Source: a virus
Taxonomy: Duplodnaviria > Heunggongvirae > Uroviricota > Caudoviricetes
Virus record (IMG/VR): IMGVR_UViG_2526164690_000025
DNA: 64,000 nt
Strand: one strand, 5' to 3'
In this document: positions 51,100 through 61,130 of the stretch, piece by piece
Layout of the letters: each line of letters starts with the position of its first letter
How positions within the stretch are numbered: position 1 is the stretch's first letter
Notes under the pieces: generated by a model
The model's database searches: none
What the model was told of the DNA's origin: nothing
Seen by the model: the letters and a program-made list of their open reading frames with translations, nothing else
Program-made: the position numbers and the translations under genes

Positions 51100-51703
51100 G
51101 ACTGTTTTTTGTGTCGGTAGCGGTCCGTCACTCACTCGTGAGGACTGTGCTGCTATAGAAAAAACTGGCTGTTCAATCATCGCGGTTAACAATTCCTGGC
51201 AGATGTTCGATGACATTTATGCCTTATACGCCGGTGATTTGTCATGGTGGAAGCAATACGGATCCACCATACCGGGAGGGAGATTCCGCAAAGTGACAGC
51301 CAACCTGGCGGCGGCGAAATCATTTTCGTTGGAGTACAGGCGATATTGTGGACCGGCGGAAGGGGTAAATAGCGGCGCGCAGGCTATCAGTCTGGCTGCT
51401 GAATCAGGGGCTGAAGTAGTGGTATTAGTCGGCTATGACTGTTCTCTGCAAAACGGCCTTCATTGGCATGGCGCGCACCCTCAAGCACTACGGAATCCAA
51501 CGCAGGTGTCTATTTCAAAATGGCAACAGCAGTTCCTGGATACCCGCAAAAAACACGCAGATTTACATATTTTGAATGCAAGTAGGAGCAGTGCAATTCA
51601 ATGTTTCCCAAGAATAAATTTAGAGGCAGTGATCGCGTTATTATCGTCGGCAGTGGCCCAAGCGCCGCAAACTTTGTTGCGCCGCGCGGAGTGCCGATTA
51701 TAG
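51041..51703 (+). CDS. GT42/MAF-like putative glycosyltransferase (paralog 1; true start probably internal)
   Basis: VGSGPSL...IIAVN...NSGAQAISLAAESGAEVVVLVGYD resembles sialyltransferase-like GxGPS / SG...GID signature. Confidence 0.35.
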   Translation: MLAWRLNLQLRMNIPPRATRTVFCVGSGPSLTREDCAAIEKTGCSIIAVNNSWQMFDDIYALYAGDLSWWKQYGSTIPGGRFRKVTANLAAAKSFSLEYRRYCGPAEGVNSGAQAISLAAESGAEVVVLVGYDCSLQNGLHWHGAHPQALRNPTQVSISKWQQQFLDTRKKHADLHILNASRSSAIQCFPRINLEAVIALLSSAVAQAPQTLLRRAECRL

Positions 51704-52227
51704 CGGTCAATGGGGCCATCGACTGGCTTAACCGCGCTTCTTATTTTTTCACCCTTGATCCATCCCCAGACAATATGCGGCGCGTTGGTCGTGGCCGCCG
51801 TCGCCGTGGTGTTTGTTATTGCATGGCACTGCCCGATGTTAAAGAACGTGAAGTCAGAGATGGCGTTCTGTGCTTCCGTCGTGTGGCTGAACGCGGCATG
51901 GAGCCAAAAAATACGAATTCTCCCGAGTGGTGGGCGTGGCGCTGGTCCGCACATTTCGGCCTTTGCGAAGATGAGAATGAAATTGCCAGCGGCAATAGTG
52001 CATATGGTGCTCTGAACCTGGCTTTCCATATCGGATTCAAACATGTAGCTCTGGTGGGCGTTGACGCTACGCAAGAACTACGCGTTCACTCCGGCGGCAC
52101 GCCAAAAAATCTAAGTCACCTGCCTTTGTTATTCCAGTCTGCGCGTGAACAGATTGACGTTGTTTCATGCGGGAAAATGGGAGGTATTCCGCAGATGACT
52201 CTTAAAGAATGGCTGAAGAATACATGA
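51601..52227 (+). CDS. GT42/MAF-like putative glycosyltransferase (paralog 2)
   Basis: IIVGSGPSA...IIAVNGA...[26 protein letters not shown]. Confidence 0.35.
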   Translation: MFPKNKFRGSDRVIIVGSGPSAANFVAPRGVPIIAVNGAIDWLNRASYFFTLDPSPDNMRRVGRGRRRRGVCYCMALPDVKEREVRDGVLCFRRVAERGMEPKNTNSPEWWAWRWSAHFGLCEDENEIASGNSAYGALNLAFHIGFKHVALVGVDATQELRVHSGGTPKNLSHLPLLFQSAREQIDVVSCGKMGGIPQMTLKEWLKNT

Positions 52228-52901
52228 TGGCACCCACAATTTATCACCGTATCGACGGTACCAAATACAGGAATGTCTGGGTTGTTGGTGATCTGCATGG
52301 TTGCTACACCAGACTGATGTCCGAACTCCATCGTGTGGATTTTGACCCGGCGCAGGATTTACTGATATCGGTCGGCGACCTTATCGATCGCGGTACTGAA
52401 AATGTCGAATGTCTGGAACTATTGCAGATGCCCTGGTTCAGGGCAGTGATGGGGAACCATGAGCGGCTGATGATTGATGCGTTAAGTCCAGATGGCAACG
52501 TGAATAACTGGCTAATGAATGGCGGACAATGGTTCTTCATGCTGGACACTGATCAGGAAATATTAGCCTGGGCGCTGGTGGAGCTGGTAAAGCGTCTGCC
52601 CTATATCATTGAGTTGAACACGGGGCAAGAAACTATCGTTATAGCCCATGCCGACTATCCGGATAATGAATACCAATTCGGTAAGGAGGTGCCGCTTTTC
52701 AACATTGTCTGGGCGCGCGAGCGTATCAGTGATTCGATGGATGATATTGGTGGCGAAATTTCGGGCGCAGATCGTTTTATCTTTGGTCACACTCCGGTGA
52801 AAAGCCCGAAGACATTCTGGAATCAGCAGTATATCGACACTGGTGCCGTATTTTGCGGAAACCTGACATTGATGAAAGTGAAAGGTGATGGTGCAGCATG
52901 A
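52209..52901 (+). CDS. ppp: Ser/Thr protein phosphatase, lambda-PPase family
   Basis: GDLHG, GDLIDRG, GNHE metallophosphatase motifs. Confidence 0.8.
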   Translation: MAEEYMMAPTIYHRIDGTKYRNVWVVGDLHGCYTRLMSELHRVDFDPAQDLLISVGDLIDRGTENVECLELLQMPWFRAVMGNHERLMIDALSPDGNVNNWLMNGGQWFFMLDTDQEILAWALVELVKRLPYIIELNTGQETIVIAHADYPDNEYQFGKEVPLFNIVWARERISDSMDDIGGEISGADRFIFGHTPVKSPKTFWNQQYIDTGAVFCGNLTLMKVKGDGAA

Positions 52902-53599
52902 AGATTGCTTTAGTTTTTCGCTCTGGTGGTGACTATAACGCTTCCGATGTGCAGTGGCTGGTTAATCAACTGCCAAAAGGCTATGAAATTATTTGCCTGA
53001 CAGACCTGAAGCGTTTACATGTACCTGGCGTCAAAGTTGTCCCATTGATCAACCAGTGGCAAAAGTGCCGTGGCTGGTGGGCGAAAATCGAGTTGTTCCG
53101 ACCGGATATAACCGATGATCTGTTCTATCTGGATTTGGACACGGTTATTGCCGGTGATATACGCCCAATCCTAGAGCATCCACCAACCAGCTTCACCATG
53201 CTTAGGGATTTTTACCATCCACAATATCGTGGCAGCGGTGCCCTGTGGATACCAAATAGTGTTAAAGCGCATATCTGGAGTTCATTCTGGCAAGATCCGG
53301 AAGGTTGGATTTCTCGTTGTGTCACTACTGAGTGCTGGGGTGACCAGGGGTTCTTACGAAAGGTTATGGGCGATGATACACCAGCATTTCAGGATCTGTA
53401 TCCAGGATGGTTTGTAAGTTACAAGGCCGATGTTGTGGAACCTGGTTCAAAATATGCGAGCGCGCGTTACTCCAGGGGGAATGGGGCATTACCAAAAGAC
53501 TGCCGAATAATCTTTTTCCACGGCAAACCGCGACCTCGCGAAGTGTCAGAGGATTGGCTTCCCCTTATCAGCTCATTTTTTGAGCGAGAATCAGAATAA
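52898..53599 (+). CDS. putative GT-A-type glycosyltransferase (DxD motif)
   Basis: [10 protein letters not shown] DxD-like motif after hydrophobic strand; 233 aa. Confidence 0.35.
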   Translation: MKIALVFRSGGDYNASDVQWLVNQLPKGYEIICLTDLKRLHVPGVKVVPLINQWQKCRGWWAKIELFRPDITDDLFYLDLDTVIAGDIRPILEHPPTSFTMLRDFYHPQYRGSGALWIPNSVKAHIWSSFWQDPEGWISRCVTTECWGDQGFLRKVMGDDTPAFQDLYPGWFVSYKADVVEPGSKYASARYSRGNGALPKDCRIIFFHGKPRPREVSEDWLPLISSFFERESE

Positions 53600-53600
53600 T

Positions 53601-53617
53601 ATTGCTCTAATAATTCC
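53601..53617 (+). promoter_or_regulatory. C1-operator-like site (weak)
   Basis: ATTGCTCTAATAATTCC, 14/17. Confidence 0.4.
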
Positions 53618-53627
53618 ATATTTTTAA

Positions 53628-53659
53628 AACGTGATGTACACTCATCACGTTTTTTATTA
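53628..53659 (+). terminator. rho-independent terminator
   Basis: aacgtgatg-tacactc-catcacgtt followed by ttttatt. Confidence 0.6.
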
Positions 53660-53666
53660 GAGCAAT
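53650..53666 (-). promoter_or_regulatory. C1-operator-like site (weak, inverted)
   Basis: Reverse complement ATTGCTCTAATAAAAAA, 14/17. Confidence 0.4.
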
Positions 53667-53680
53667 CTACAGGGTGCACT

Positions 53681-53899
53681 ATGTGGCCATTCCGACGGAA
53701 ATATCACTACTGGCTGATCGCCTTTGTTACGCCGACCGGCGGTATCAGGCATGTCATCACCAGGTATCGCAACAAGAGACTCACCTTAGCCAGAATTTTA
53801 CAGGCTGCCATAGGTGAGGGACTGGATACAAATTGCGTAGTCCTTCCACCTTCATACTTAGGAAAAATGACCGAAGCACAAGCTAATACGGAACTTTGA
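53681..53899 (+). CDS. hypothetical small protein
   Basis: 72-aa ORF. Confidence 0.3.
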   Translation: MWPFRRKYHYWLIAFVTPTGGIRHVITRYRNKRLTLARILQAAIGEGLDTNCVVLPPSYLGKMTEAQANTEL

Positions 53900-53900
53900 A

Positions 53901-55163
53901 ATGAGCACTTCAGCACAAAACCAATCAATCGAAAATGTATCTATCCCTGATGTCCTGAATGCCGGTATCCCGGCCATTATCCAGAACATCCGGGCCGCGC
54001 AACGCCGCGTTAGTTGTGATGACCTCACAGCACGTTTTTTTGATAATGCGGTTCAGTCAGCGGAGATGCTTCACGCACAGCTTATTGATGTTTATAACGC
54101 AGAAGCTGATAGCCATAACTCCCTGGTAGATGCAGCTGAAAATATGCAGTTGGATCTCGGTCTGAAGGGTAAAGAAATTGAAGAGCTTCAGCTACAAATT
54201 GAACATTTGAAACGCCAGCAACAGGACGCGATCGACGATGCGACGCATGACGCCAACCAGCGTGCTGATAATGCCGAACGTATAAGCATTGAGCTGGAAA
54301 CAAAACTCAATGAAATGACCGCGATGGTTGAACTGCGGAACTCACAGATTTCAACGCTAAAATCTCAATATAAAGAGATCATGAAACTTGATCCTTTTAA
54401 CCTTGAGAAACGCTATAACAAAGCTAAAAGCGAGCGACAGGAACTGCGTAAGCAGGTCGCCGACCTTAACCAACAGCTCAAAAAAACTATTAAAGATGCA
54501 AGCGAAGCGCGCGTGGCATTTGCTAATAAAAAAGCAGAGGTTACCGCGCTGGTTAATGAGAATGCCAAATTTGCGACGCTCAAGAAGGAAATGTATGGCA
54601 TTACTGAGCGCCGTTTCCCTGCAAGCAAACTTCATCCGACGTTAGGGCAAATCTCCTTCTTCCCGCGCCTCCTGGCTTATGGGATCTCATCGCCTAAAGA
54701 GTTCAATAACGAGCGTCCTTATATCGTTTCTAAGCTGGACTTTGCTTATCAGTTCTGCTGCGACATGGGCTATGCCATTGATATCCGAATCAACGAATGG
54801 TTGATGCCAAACTTCCAGCCGCTGGCCATTTTCCGCGAGTTCCAGCCGGAAGGTTGGGTAGAGTTCTTCCATGAATTGATCTGTAAAGAGATGGAAAGCC
54901 GCCGCCCGGAACTGGTCCGCCGTGTCGAGTGGGCGCAAGAGGTTATGTTGGCAGATGCAGAGCTGCCGTTCGAACCGGAATTTATTGATGATCTGGCAGC
55001 TAAAGGGCTGCATACCCTGTTTGATGTGGTTACCCGCCGTCATGAGCAGTTGGTTGTCGAATTGGGTTTAGAGGAAACAGCGGCAAGAAGACTTCTCGAT
55101 GTTTGCTATGCACGTAGCGATGCATGGGAAAAAGAGAACGGCGGCACTATTTACGTTCGCTGA
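53901..55163 (+). CDS. coiled-coil protein with unknown C-terminal domain
   Basis: 420 aa; N-terminal half heptad-rich. Confidence 0.35.
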   Translation: MSTSAQNQSIENVSIPDVLNAGIPAIIQNIRAAQRRVSCDDLTARFFDNAVQSAEMLHAQLIDVYNAEADSHNSLVDAAENMQLDLGLKGKEIEELQLQIEHLKRQQQDAIDDATHDANQRADNAERISIELETKLNEMTAMVELRNSQISTLKSQYKEIMKLDPFNLEKRYNKAKSERQELRKQVADLNQQLKKTIKDASEARVAFANKKAEVTALVNENAKFATLKKEMYGITERRFPASKLHPTLGQISFFPRLLAYGISSPKEFNNERPYIVSKLDFAYQFCCDMGYAIDIRINEWLMPNFQPLAIFREFQPEGWVEFFHELICKEMESRRPELVRRVEWAQEVMLADAELPFEPEFIDDLAAKGLHTLFDVVTRRHEQLVVELGLEETAARRLLDVCYARSDAWEKENGGTIYVR

Positions 55164-55235
55164 CAGTTACAGTGTCACTTTTAATGCTGGTGGAGTGCGC
55201 CCACCAGCATTTTTTTCGTCCAATGAGGAGGGCAT

Positions 55236-55742
55236 TTGAGTATTTTCAATAAACACGCACACCAGGAACGTCCGTATATCGTCATAGTTGATATTGATGG
55301 AACAATATCAGAGGCAACTGAAGACAGACTGCATTTGCTTCCGCCACCAGGTAAAGGTGCATTAACAAAGGACTGGAACGAGTTTAATCTCGCCTGTGAC
55401 ACCGATACTCCCATCACTCCAGTTATTGATATGGTGCGCCAGTTATTTAACGTTTACACGGTCTGGTTTGTAACCGGGCGCTGTGAGATCGCAAGGGATA
55501 AAACACGAGCCTGGCTGCGGAAGTACGTAACAAACGGGGCTGAGCCTTTGCTATCTATGCGTCCTGCCACCGATGACAGAAATGACGGCCCAGCAAAGAT
55601 TGATCTCCTTAAGAAAATTGGTCTAAGTAAAATCGCGTTCGCGCTGGAAGATAAGATTGACGTGGCGCGTGTTTTCAGGAGGCACGGCGTGCTTACGTTA
55701 ATGGTCAGGGAGTATGAAAATGCGCTTCTTCATCAACAATGA
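55236..55742 (+). CDS. HAD-superfamily phosphatase-like protein
   Basis: IVIVDIDGT motif I (DxDGT). Confidence 0.5.
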   Translation: MSIFNKHAHQERPYIVIVDIDGTISEATEDRLHLLPPPGKGALTKDWNEFNLACDTDTPITPVIDMVRQLFNVYTVWFVTGRCEIARDKTRAWLRKYVTNGAEPLLSMRPATDDRNDGPAKIDLLKKIGLSKIAFALEDKIDVARVFRRHGVLTLMVREYENALLHQQ

Positions 55743-55758
55743 TTGCTCTAATAAATAT
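55742..55758 (+). promoter_or_regulatory. C1-operator-like site overlapping stop codon
   Basis: ATTGCTCTAATAAATAT, 16/17. Confidence 0.55.
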
Positions 55759-55840
55759 TGATTTTTAAAATGGAGAAAGTGAAAATAAAAACATGCCGCA
55801 AGGCGCGGCATGTATCCAATCAATCACAGGAGCTGAAAAT

Positions 55841-55927
55841 ATGAACACGGCATTCAAAATCATTATGGCCGCGATCTATTTCTGGCTGTTCTCTATCACT
55901 TTTGGCGGCATCGTCGCACATGGGTAA
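55841..55927 (+). CDS. possible 28-aa hydrophobic peptide
   Basis: ATG with SD caggag; MNTAFKIIMAAIYFWLFSITFGGIVAHG; preceded by stem-loop 55792-55812. Confidence 0.35.
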   Translation: MNTAFKIIMAAIYFWLFSITFGGIVAHG

Positions 55928-55936
55928 GGGGGATGC

Positions 55937-56665
55937 ATGAAAGGCGAAGTGAAAGAGCGCGGCATGATTTTCAACGATGAGATGGTCCGGGCCATCCTCG
56001 AAGGAAGGAAAACGCAGACGCGGCGGATAATGAAAAATCAGCCTGCGGAAGTTGGTCCAGAAGCACCAGTGATGGTTAGAAAAATTGGTGCAGGTTTTCA
56101 GTGGTACGGGGCTGATGGTGTAAGCAGTGTTTTCAATTGCCCATTTGGTATCGTCGGCGATCGAATTTGGGTTCGTGAAACATGGGCGATATTAGGCAAT
56201 GAGGATGGTTGCAGTGTGGACTGGAACGACAACCTTTGTCGTGGCGATGAGAAGAACGCAGCAAGGATTTATCGGGCCAGTTGCGAGCAAAAACCTGGTG
56301 ATTACGGCTTATGGTCGATACCCGATGATGCCGACTGGAAACCTCACACTGTGAATGAAAAGTTTGATGGTGGGTGGCGTCCATCAATTCACATGCCGCG
56401 ATGGGCATCACGCATTCTGTTGGAAATTACCAACGTGCGCGTTGAACGGTTGAACGATATCAGCGAATGCGATGCAAGGGCTGAGGGCGTTCCGCCTGCT
56501 GGAAGTTTGCTTCCTGATCACCCGGGAACATTCCTTACTCCCAAGGGGGATTTCGCAATGGCCAAGGTTGCGTTCCAGCGCCTGTGGGAATCCATCTATG
56601 GTGAAGAAAGCTGGAACGCTAATCCCTGGGTGTGGGTAATCGAGTTTAAGCGCATTCAGGAATAA
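55937..56665 (+). CDS. ASCH-like (PUA-fold) domain protein
   Basis: N-terminal MVRAILEGRKTQTRR and GDRIWVRETW; C-terminal NPWVWVIEFKR. Confidence 0.5.
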   Translation: MKGEVKERGMIFNDEMVRAILEGRKTQTRRIMKNQPAEVGPEAPVMVRKIGAGFQWYGADGVSSVFNCPFGIVGDRIWVRETWAILGNEDGCSVDWNDNLCRGDEKNAARIYRASCEQKPGDYGLWSIPDDADWKPHTVNEKFDGGWRPSIHMPRWASRILLEITNVRVERLNDISECDARAEGVPPAGSLLPDHPGTFLTPKGDFAMAKVAFQRLWESIYGEESWNANPWVWVIEFKRIQE

Positions 56666-56943
56666 ACCGTGAGTATGCATCAAATCGTCAGTTTTTCAGG
56701 TGGACGAGCATCAGCCTGTCTCGTTCATCTGTTCGAATAGGTAGTGGCATGACAATCGTAAAAACCCATACCGGCACCGTGATCACCAAAGACGGTCCGC
56801 AGGTAAAAAACTGCACCAAACAGAGCGGATGTGGGTCGTCGGCAAAAATGAGTTTTACCACAAAGATACCGGACGCCGCCACTTTGCAGAAAATACGCGC
56901 CGTCGACTGCTGTTAGACACCATCAAGCCTATCGAGGTGAAGC

Positions 56944-57183
56944 ATGTTTAAACAGAACGAAAAAGCTATCGCTCAAATTGCTGATTATATCCCGCGTGCG
57001 TGCCGGGGTATGCAGTTGCAGGAAGCCAAAGCGCGCCTGGAGAAAAAAATTGCGCTCTATATTGATGACGGCTGTGATGCTGCCGTTCTTAACGCGGCGT
57101 TCGCACCAGCTCTTAACAGTCATACTCGGGAGTCTTTTTTTTCGTGCATCGAAGCGCAACTCCGCAAAGGAGGCAGCCAGTGA
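56944..57183 (+). CDS. hypothetical small protein ending in RKGGSQ
   Basis: 79 aa; C-terminal codons form the SD of the next gene. Confidence 0.35.
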   Translation: MFKQNEKAIAQIADYIPRACRGMQLQEAKARLEKKIALYIDDGCDAAVLNAAFAPALNSHTRESFFSCIEAQLRKGGSQ

Positions 57184-57881
57184 GCAAAATTAATTACCGG
57201 GCACTGCGTGAGATAGCAAAACAGGCAACACAGGGCGAATGGGTCGCATTTATTTCGCCGGGTACTGGTACGTATGCGGTGCATACGCCCGGTGATAAAC
57301 GATGTGAAGATGTTATCAAATGGACCGGCTTTGATGGGCTGAAAAACGCAGAGAACAACGCTCGTTATGTTGCCGCATTCAACCCAAAGGTTGCACTGGC
57401 GCTACTTGGTGAAATTAAGCGCCTGGAGGACACAAATATTGATGCTATGTGCCGAATAGCACCGCTTGAGACTAAGCTCGCGGCGCTGGTGGCAGAGAAC
57501 GCCGGGCTGAAACACGCAATGGCCGTAACTCTTGAGCATGTGTCGGTCACGGATGCAGGGCAGGCTGGTGTTGCTGCAATGATTATCAACGATGCCCTAC
57601 ACCACAGCGAAACTCCAGCTACCGATGCTTTTCTGGCTGAAATTCGTGCGGAAGCACGCAACGAGGGGATTAACTATACCGCCAGCCGTCTTGCTGCTGC
57701 GTTCAATCACGGATTTATCAATAAGTCTTTGCGTGAAGTTTTCGACGTTACACGCATGATTTTGTCAGCGAAAGAAGAGTTGGCTAATGAAGCGCATCCG
57801 ATTGATGGCCTGTCTGGTGAATATGCGGAGAAATCCCTTGAAGAATGGGCGGAACAGATTCGCAAAGGAAGCAGCCAGTGA
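57180..57881 (+). CDS. Ea22/ead-like protein (GTG start)
   Basis: N-terminal SKINYRALREIAKQATQGEWV, C-terminal RKGSSQ; GTG overlaps upstream TGA. Confidence 0.45.
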   Translation: MSKINYRALREIAKQATQGEWVAFISPGTGTYAVHTPGDKRCEDVIKWTGFDGLKNAENNARYVAAFNPKVALALLGEIKRLEDTNIDAMCRIAPLETKLAALVAENAGLKHAMAVTLEHVSVTDAGQAGVAAMIINDALHHSETPATDAFLAEIRAEARNEGINYTASRLAAAFNHGFINKSLREVFDVTRMILSAKEELANEAHPIDGLSGEYAEKSLEEWAEQIRKGSSQ

Positions 57882-58168
57882 ATATCGACACGACAATAAC
57901 GATCGATACGCTCCTAAATACCGGTCTGGCACTTCTCGGTTGGCTTTACATCATGTCCCGTACATGGCGATGGCTGGGTTCCATTTTCCTAAAACAGTGG
58001 AAAAAACGGCGCAAACAGGAACTACGCCAGAAGGCATTAGAAGCGTTCTATGACGCATTTGAGCTTAGCCGCATTGAACCAGGTACAACAGCCAGGATAG
58101 CGACAAAAGGCGACCTGATGATAGTGATGTTCCGACAGGAGAGAGCAGAGAAAGGGGAATCAGCATGA
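57878..58168 (+). CDS. small membrane protein (GTG start)
   Basis: One hydrophobic helix LLNTGLALLGWLYIMS; coupled start. Confidence 0.4.
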   Translation: MNIDTTITIDTLLNTGLALLGWLYIMSRTWRWLGSIFLKQWKKRRKQELRQKALEAFYDAFELSRIEPGTTARIATKGDLMIVMFRQERAEKGESA

Positions 58169-58899
58169 AATTTTCCAAATTTTCTGAGTTGGTGAATCGT
58201 ATTTTGTCCAACAACCACAGCCATCGTCGCGATATGGATGTAACAATCGTTGTTCATTCGCCTGGCAGCATTGGTTCAACACCTTCAGTTGAGGTTCAGT
58301 CAATTCACGCTGGTTTTGATTGGGATTCCGGGAAAGTGCTTATTTTCCCATCACAGCCACTGACCACGCTAACACCAGAACAGATTACTGATATCACTGA
58401 TAGTGTGCGCAAAGGTCAGTCTTGGCACGCATATCAGGAATACAAGAAGCATCAAGAGCAGTTGGAAAAATTGTCGATTGAACTGGAGGCCGCAAAACAG
58501 CGCATTGCAGAGCTGGATGGTAATCGCACGGCGCTGGCAGTGGAGAATGAGCTGGCTCGTAAGGCATTTCAGGCATTCTGCGATGTTGTTGGCGACAACA
58601 CCGAGGTTATCGCTGAGGTGGTTGGGCGAGATGGCGTTCTGGTTATTTTGAAGGCCATGAAGGCAACAGGAAATATGTCAGCCACCGACGCTTTCTTGGC
58701 TGAAGTCCGGGCGCAGGGGGTGGATGCTGCTATAGAAGCTGCAAAAAATCTGGTGGCCCAAGAATATGAGTATAAGGATTTCAAAGCGGCGCAGAGTGAT
58801 TGCTGTATGCACCCTGGTTCAGACCTGGTAGGGAAGGTTGAAATGACTGAGTGGTTAGTTGACTTTGCTGCCCAGCTTCGCAAAGGAGGCAACCAGTGA
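58165..58899 (+). CDS. Ea22/ead-like protein
   Basis: Central coiled coil; C-terminal AQLRKGGNQ shared with neighbours. Confidence 0.45.
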   Translation: MKFSKFSELVNRILSNNHSHRRDMDVTIVVHSPGSIGSTPSVEVQSIHAGFDWDSGKVLIFPSQPLTTLTPEQITDITDSVRKGQSWHAYQEYKKHQEQLEKLSIELEAAKQRIAELDGNRTALAVENELARKAFQAFCDVVGDNTEVIAEVVGRDGVLVILKAMKATGNMSATDAFLAEVRAQGVDAAIEAAKNLVAQEYEYKDFKAAQSDCCMHPGSDLVGKVEMTEWLVDFAAQLRKGGNQ

Positions 58900-59195
58900 C
58901 TGTATGTCTTATTGATAAACGTCGACGTGGGCAACAAATACCATCTGTTGAAATGCCGAATCACACATGGTTTTGCGTACTTGATATCGATGGTATGGAT
59001 ACGTTGGTTGACACTCGTCATTACTGCGATACCGCAACAGCTACTCCGGCGAAAGCAAAGAAAATGGCTGCTCTGATAGAAAACTGGACTCCACCTGATG
59101 GTTGGTGCAATGGGAATGATCGAGATTGGCACGAAAAAATGAAGGGCTATATCTGCGATTTTTTACGTAAATGCAACGGCTTCAGGGTGATGTGA
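58896..59195 (+). CDS. hypothetical Cys/His-containing protein (GTG start)
   Basis: 99 aa. Confidence 0.35.
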   Translation: MTVCLIDKRRRGQQIPSVEMPNHTWFCVLDIDGMDTLVDTRHYCDTATATPAKAKKMAALIENWTPPDGWCNGNDRDWHEKMKGYICDFLRKCNGFRVM

Positions 59196-59196
59196 T

Positions 59197-59682
59197 ATGA
59201 CCAAAATTAACTATCAGGCACTGCGTGAGGCGGCAGAACGTGCAATTCCGGCAATGGAACGCCTGTTAATGTTGCCAGTTGATGATGATCTGATAAGCGA
59301 ACAGGAACTTAAAGATTACGGTGTGGATATTGATGCGCTCAACGCCTTCAAATTTCTGGCCGGACCAGAAACCGTGCTGGCACTACTGGATGAACGGGAA
59401 AGAAACCAGCAATACATCAAATCCCGCGACCAGGAGAACGAGGATATTGCGCTAACGGTAGGGAAGTTGCGCGTTGAGCTTGAGGCAGAAAAACAGCGGG
59501 CAAAGGATCTGTTTATGGAAAATGCTCGGCTTAAGTCAGGTATAGCCGGTCTGATACACCTCGGTATTCGATATGCAGATGTTGATGTCATGAAAATTGC
59601 TGGAGATGCCCAGCTTTCTACCCCATGCACTGACAGCATCATAAACAGCATTGCAACAGGCATTCGCATCAAAGGAGAGTGA
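59197..59682 (+). CDS. Ea22/ead-like protein
   Basis: N-terminal TKINYQALREAAERA parallels 57180 gene. Confidence 0.45.
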   Translation: MTKINYQALREAAERAIPAMERLLMLPVDDDLISEQELKDYGVDIDALNAFKFLAGPETVLALLDERERNQQYIKSRDQENEDIALTVGKLRVELEAEKQRAKDLFMENARLKSGIAGLIHLGIRYADVDVMKIAGDAQLSTPCTDSIINSIATGIRIKGE

Positions 59683-59683
59683 T

Positions 59684-59893
59684 ATGGCTATCGCTGCAAG
59701 TTACACCATGCATCTCTATTGTGACTGCCGCCAGTGTACGGAAGGTGTATATCCAGTGCCAGACTTCGGTGAGTATATCGGTACGTCATGGTCTGGTTGT
59801 GCAAAAGAGGCCCGTAAAGACGGGTGGCGAATAAGTAAAGACAAAACACGTGCTTTTGCGCCCGGGCATAAAGTTTTGAGGATTAACAAATGA
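59684..59893 (+). CDS. small Cys-rich protein
   Basis: MAIAASYTMHLYCDCRQC; SD aaaggagag. Confidence 0.35.
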   Translation: MAIAASYTMHLYCDCRQCTEGVYPVPDFGEYIGTSWSGCAKEARKDGWRISKDKTRAFAPGHKVLRINK

Positions 59894-60252
59894 CCACTAT
59901 TACCAAAGAACGTATCGAATTATTCATTAAAAATCCGCTTGATAACGGGCTTACCCGTGGCGAACAAATGGAACTGGCACGAATTGCGCTGGCATCACTG
60001 GAAGCCGAACCGGTTGCAGTAAACGACGACATGGCTTACGCATTCCATCACGCATTGTCAGATTCATCGCTAGGCGCTGATGAAGTAGAGGAAATTAAGG
60101 CCGGTTTGCGTGCTGCCTTTGCCAACGTCACTATCCAACCAGAGCCGGTAGTGCCGGATGAAATCGAGCCAGACGATAGCAATACGTTTGATTATGTTGA
60201 TGGCTGGAACGCCTGCCGCGCTGCCATGCTTCAGGGTAAGGGAGGTGAGTAA
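59890..60252 (+). CDS. hypothetical protein (paralog of N-terminus of 61127-61696)
   Basis: Shared ITKER...ELARIALASLEAEPV segment. Confidence 0.4.
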   Translation: MTTITKERIELFIKNPLDNGLTRGEQMELARIALASLEAEPVAVNDDMAYAFHHALSDSSLGADEVEEIKAGLRAAFANVTIQPEPVVPDEIEPDDSNTFDYVDGWNACRAAMLQGKGGE

Positions 60253-60614
60253 TGCGTGTGGCATTTTTCGGCTTGTTACCGTACCCGACTCGTTTTTGGG
60301 CTTCTGCGCTAATTGCAAAGCCACATGTCCTGATGGCTGACAACATCATCCCGGCACCAAAGCGCCGCCATACCGGTATTGCAGCGGCACGACGAGCAGC
60401 AAAGAGACGCAGGAGAGCAAAGCGATGAAAAACCGTAAAGCAAAGATTCTGTTAGTTCGTAGAAACGCTCCTGGCGTCTGGCAGTGGGTGAGACTCAGCA
60501 ACCGACGGATGGGGTTGATGAAATATTACGGGATGATGGATTGTGGTTTTTGCAAAAAGCCCAGCGCGGCGCAAAACCGCTGGAAAAACCACTTGCGCAC
60601 TAAAGGAGAGTGAT

Positions 60615-61130
60615 ATGGCGTTAACACACCGCGAACTCTGTCAGATTGCGTATAAGTTCCTTAAGCGCAACGGGTTCAAGGTTTGTTTTCATGACCGCTT
60701 TATAGCTGTAACCAGTACCGGAGAACAGCCAGATGCTATGGGATTCAGAAATTCAGCATCATGCCTGATAGAGGCGAAGTGTTCTCGTGCTGACTTGTTG
60801 GCAGATAGAAAAAAGCGTTTTCGTAAAAATCCATCTCTTGGAATGGGCGACTGGCGATTCTTTATTAGTGAGCCGGGAATTATTTCAGTTGAGGATTTAC
60901 CACCTGGCTGGGGATTACTTCACGTTGTTAACGGAAGAGTACGGAAAGTACATGGGTGGCCCAAGGGTAATTGCTGTTGGGGTAATCCTGACGATAAGCC
61001 ATTTACTGGAAATAAGCAGGTTGAATGCGATTACATGTTATCTGCATTAAGGCGCATGGAGTTGAGAGGGCACCTTAATGAAATATATGACGGTGTAATT
61101 GTTAATAAGAAAGAAGGAAACGCGGCATGA
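60615..61130 (+). CDS. possible PD-(D/E)xK-type nuclease-fold protein
   Basis: ...PDAMGF...CLIEAKCSR D-x(n)-E-x-K-like pattern; SD aaaggagag. Confidence 0.3.
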   Translation: MALTHRELCQIAYKFLKRNGFKVCFHDRFIAVTSTGEQPDAMGFRNSASCLIEAKCSRADLLADRKKRFRKNPSLGMGDWRFFISEPGIISVEDLPPGWGLLHVVNGRVRKVHGWPKGNCCWGNPDDKPFTGNKQVECDYMLSALRRMELRGHLNEIYDGVIVNKKEGNAA

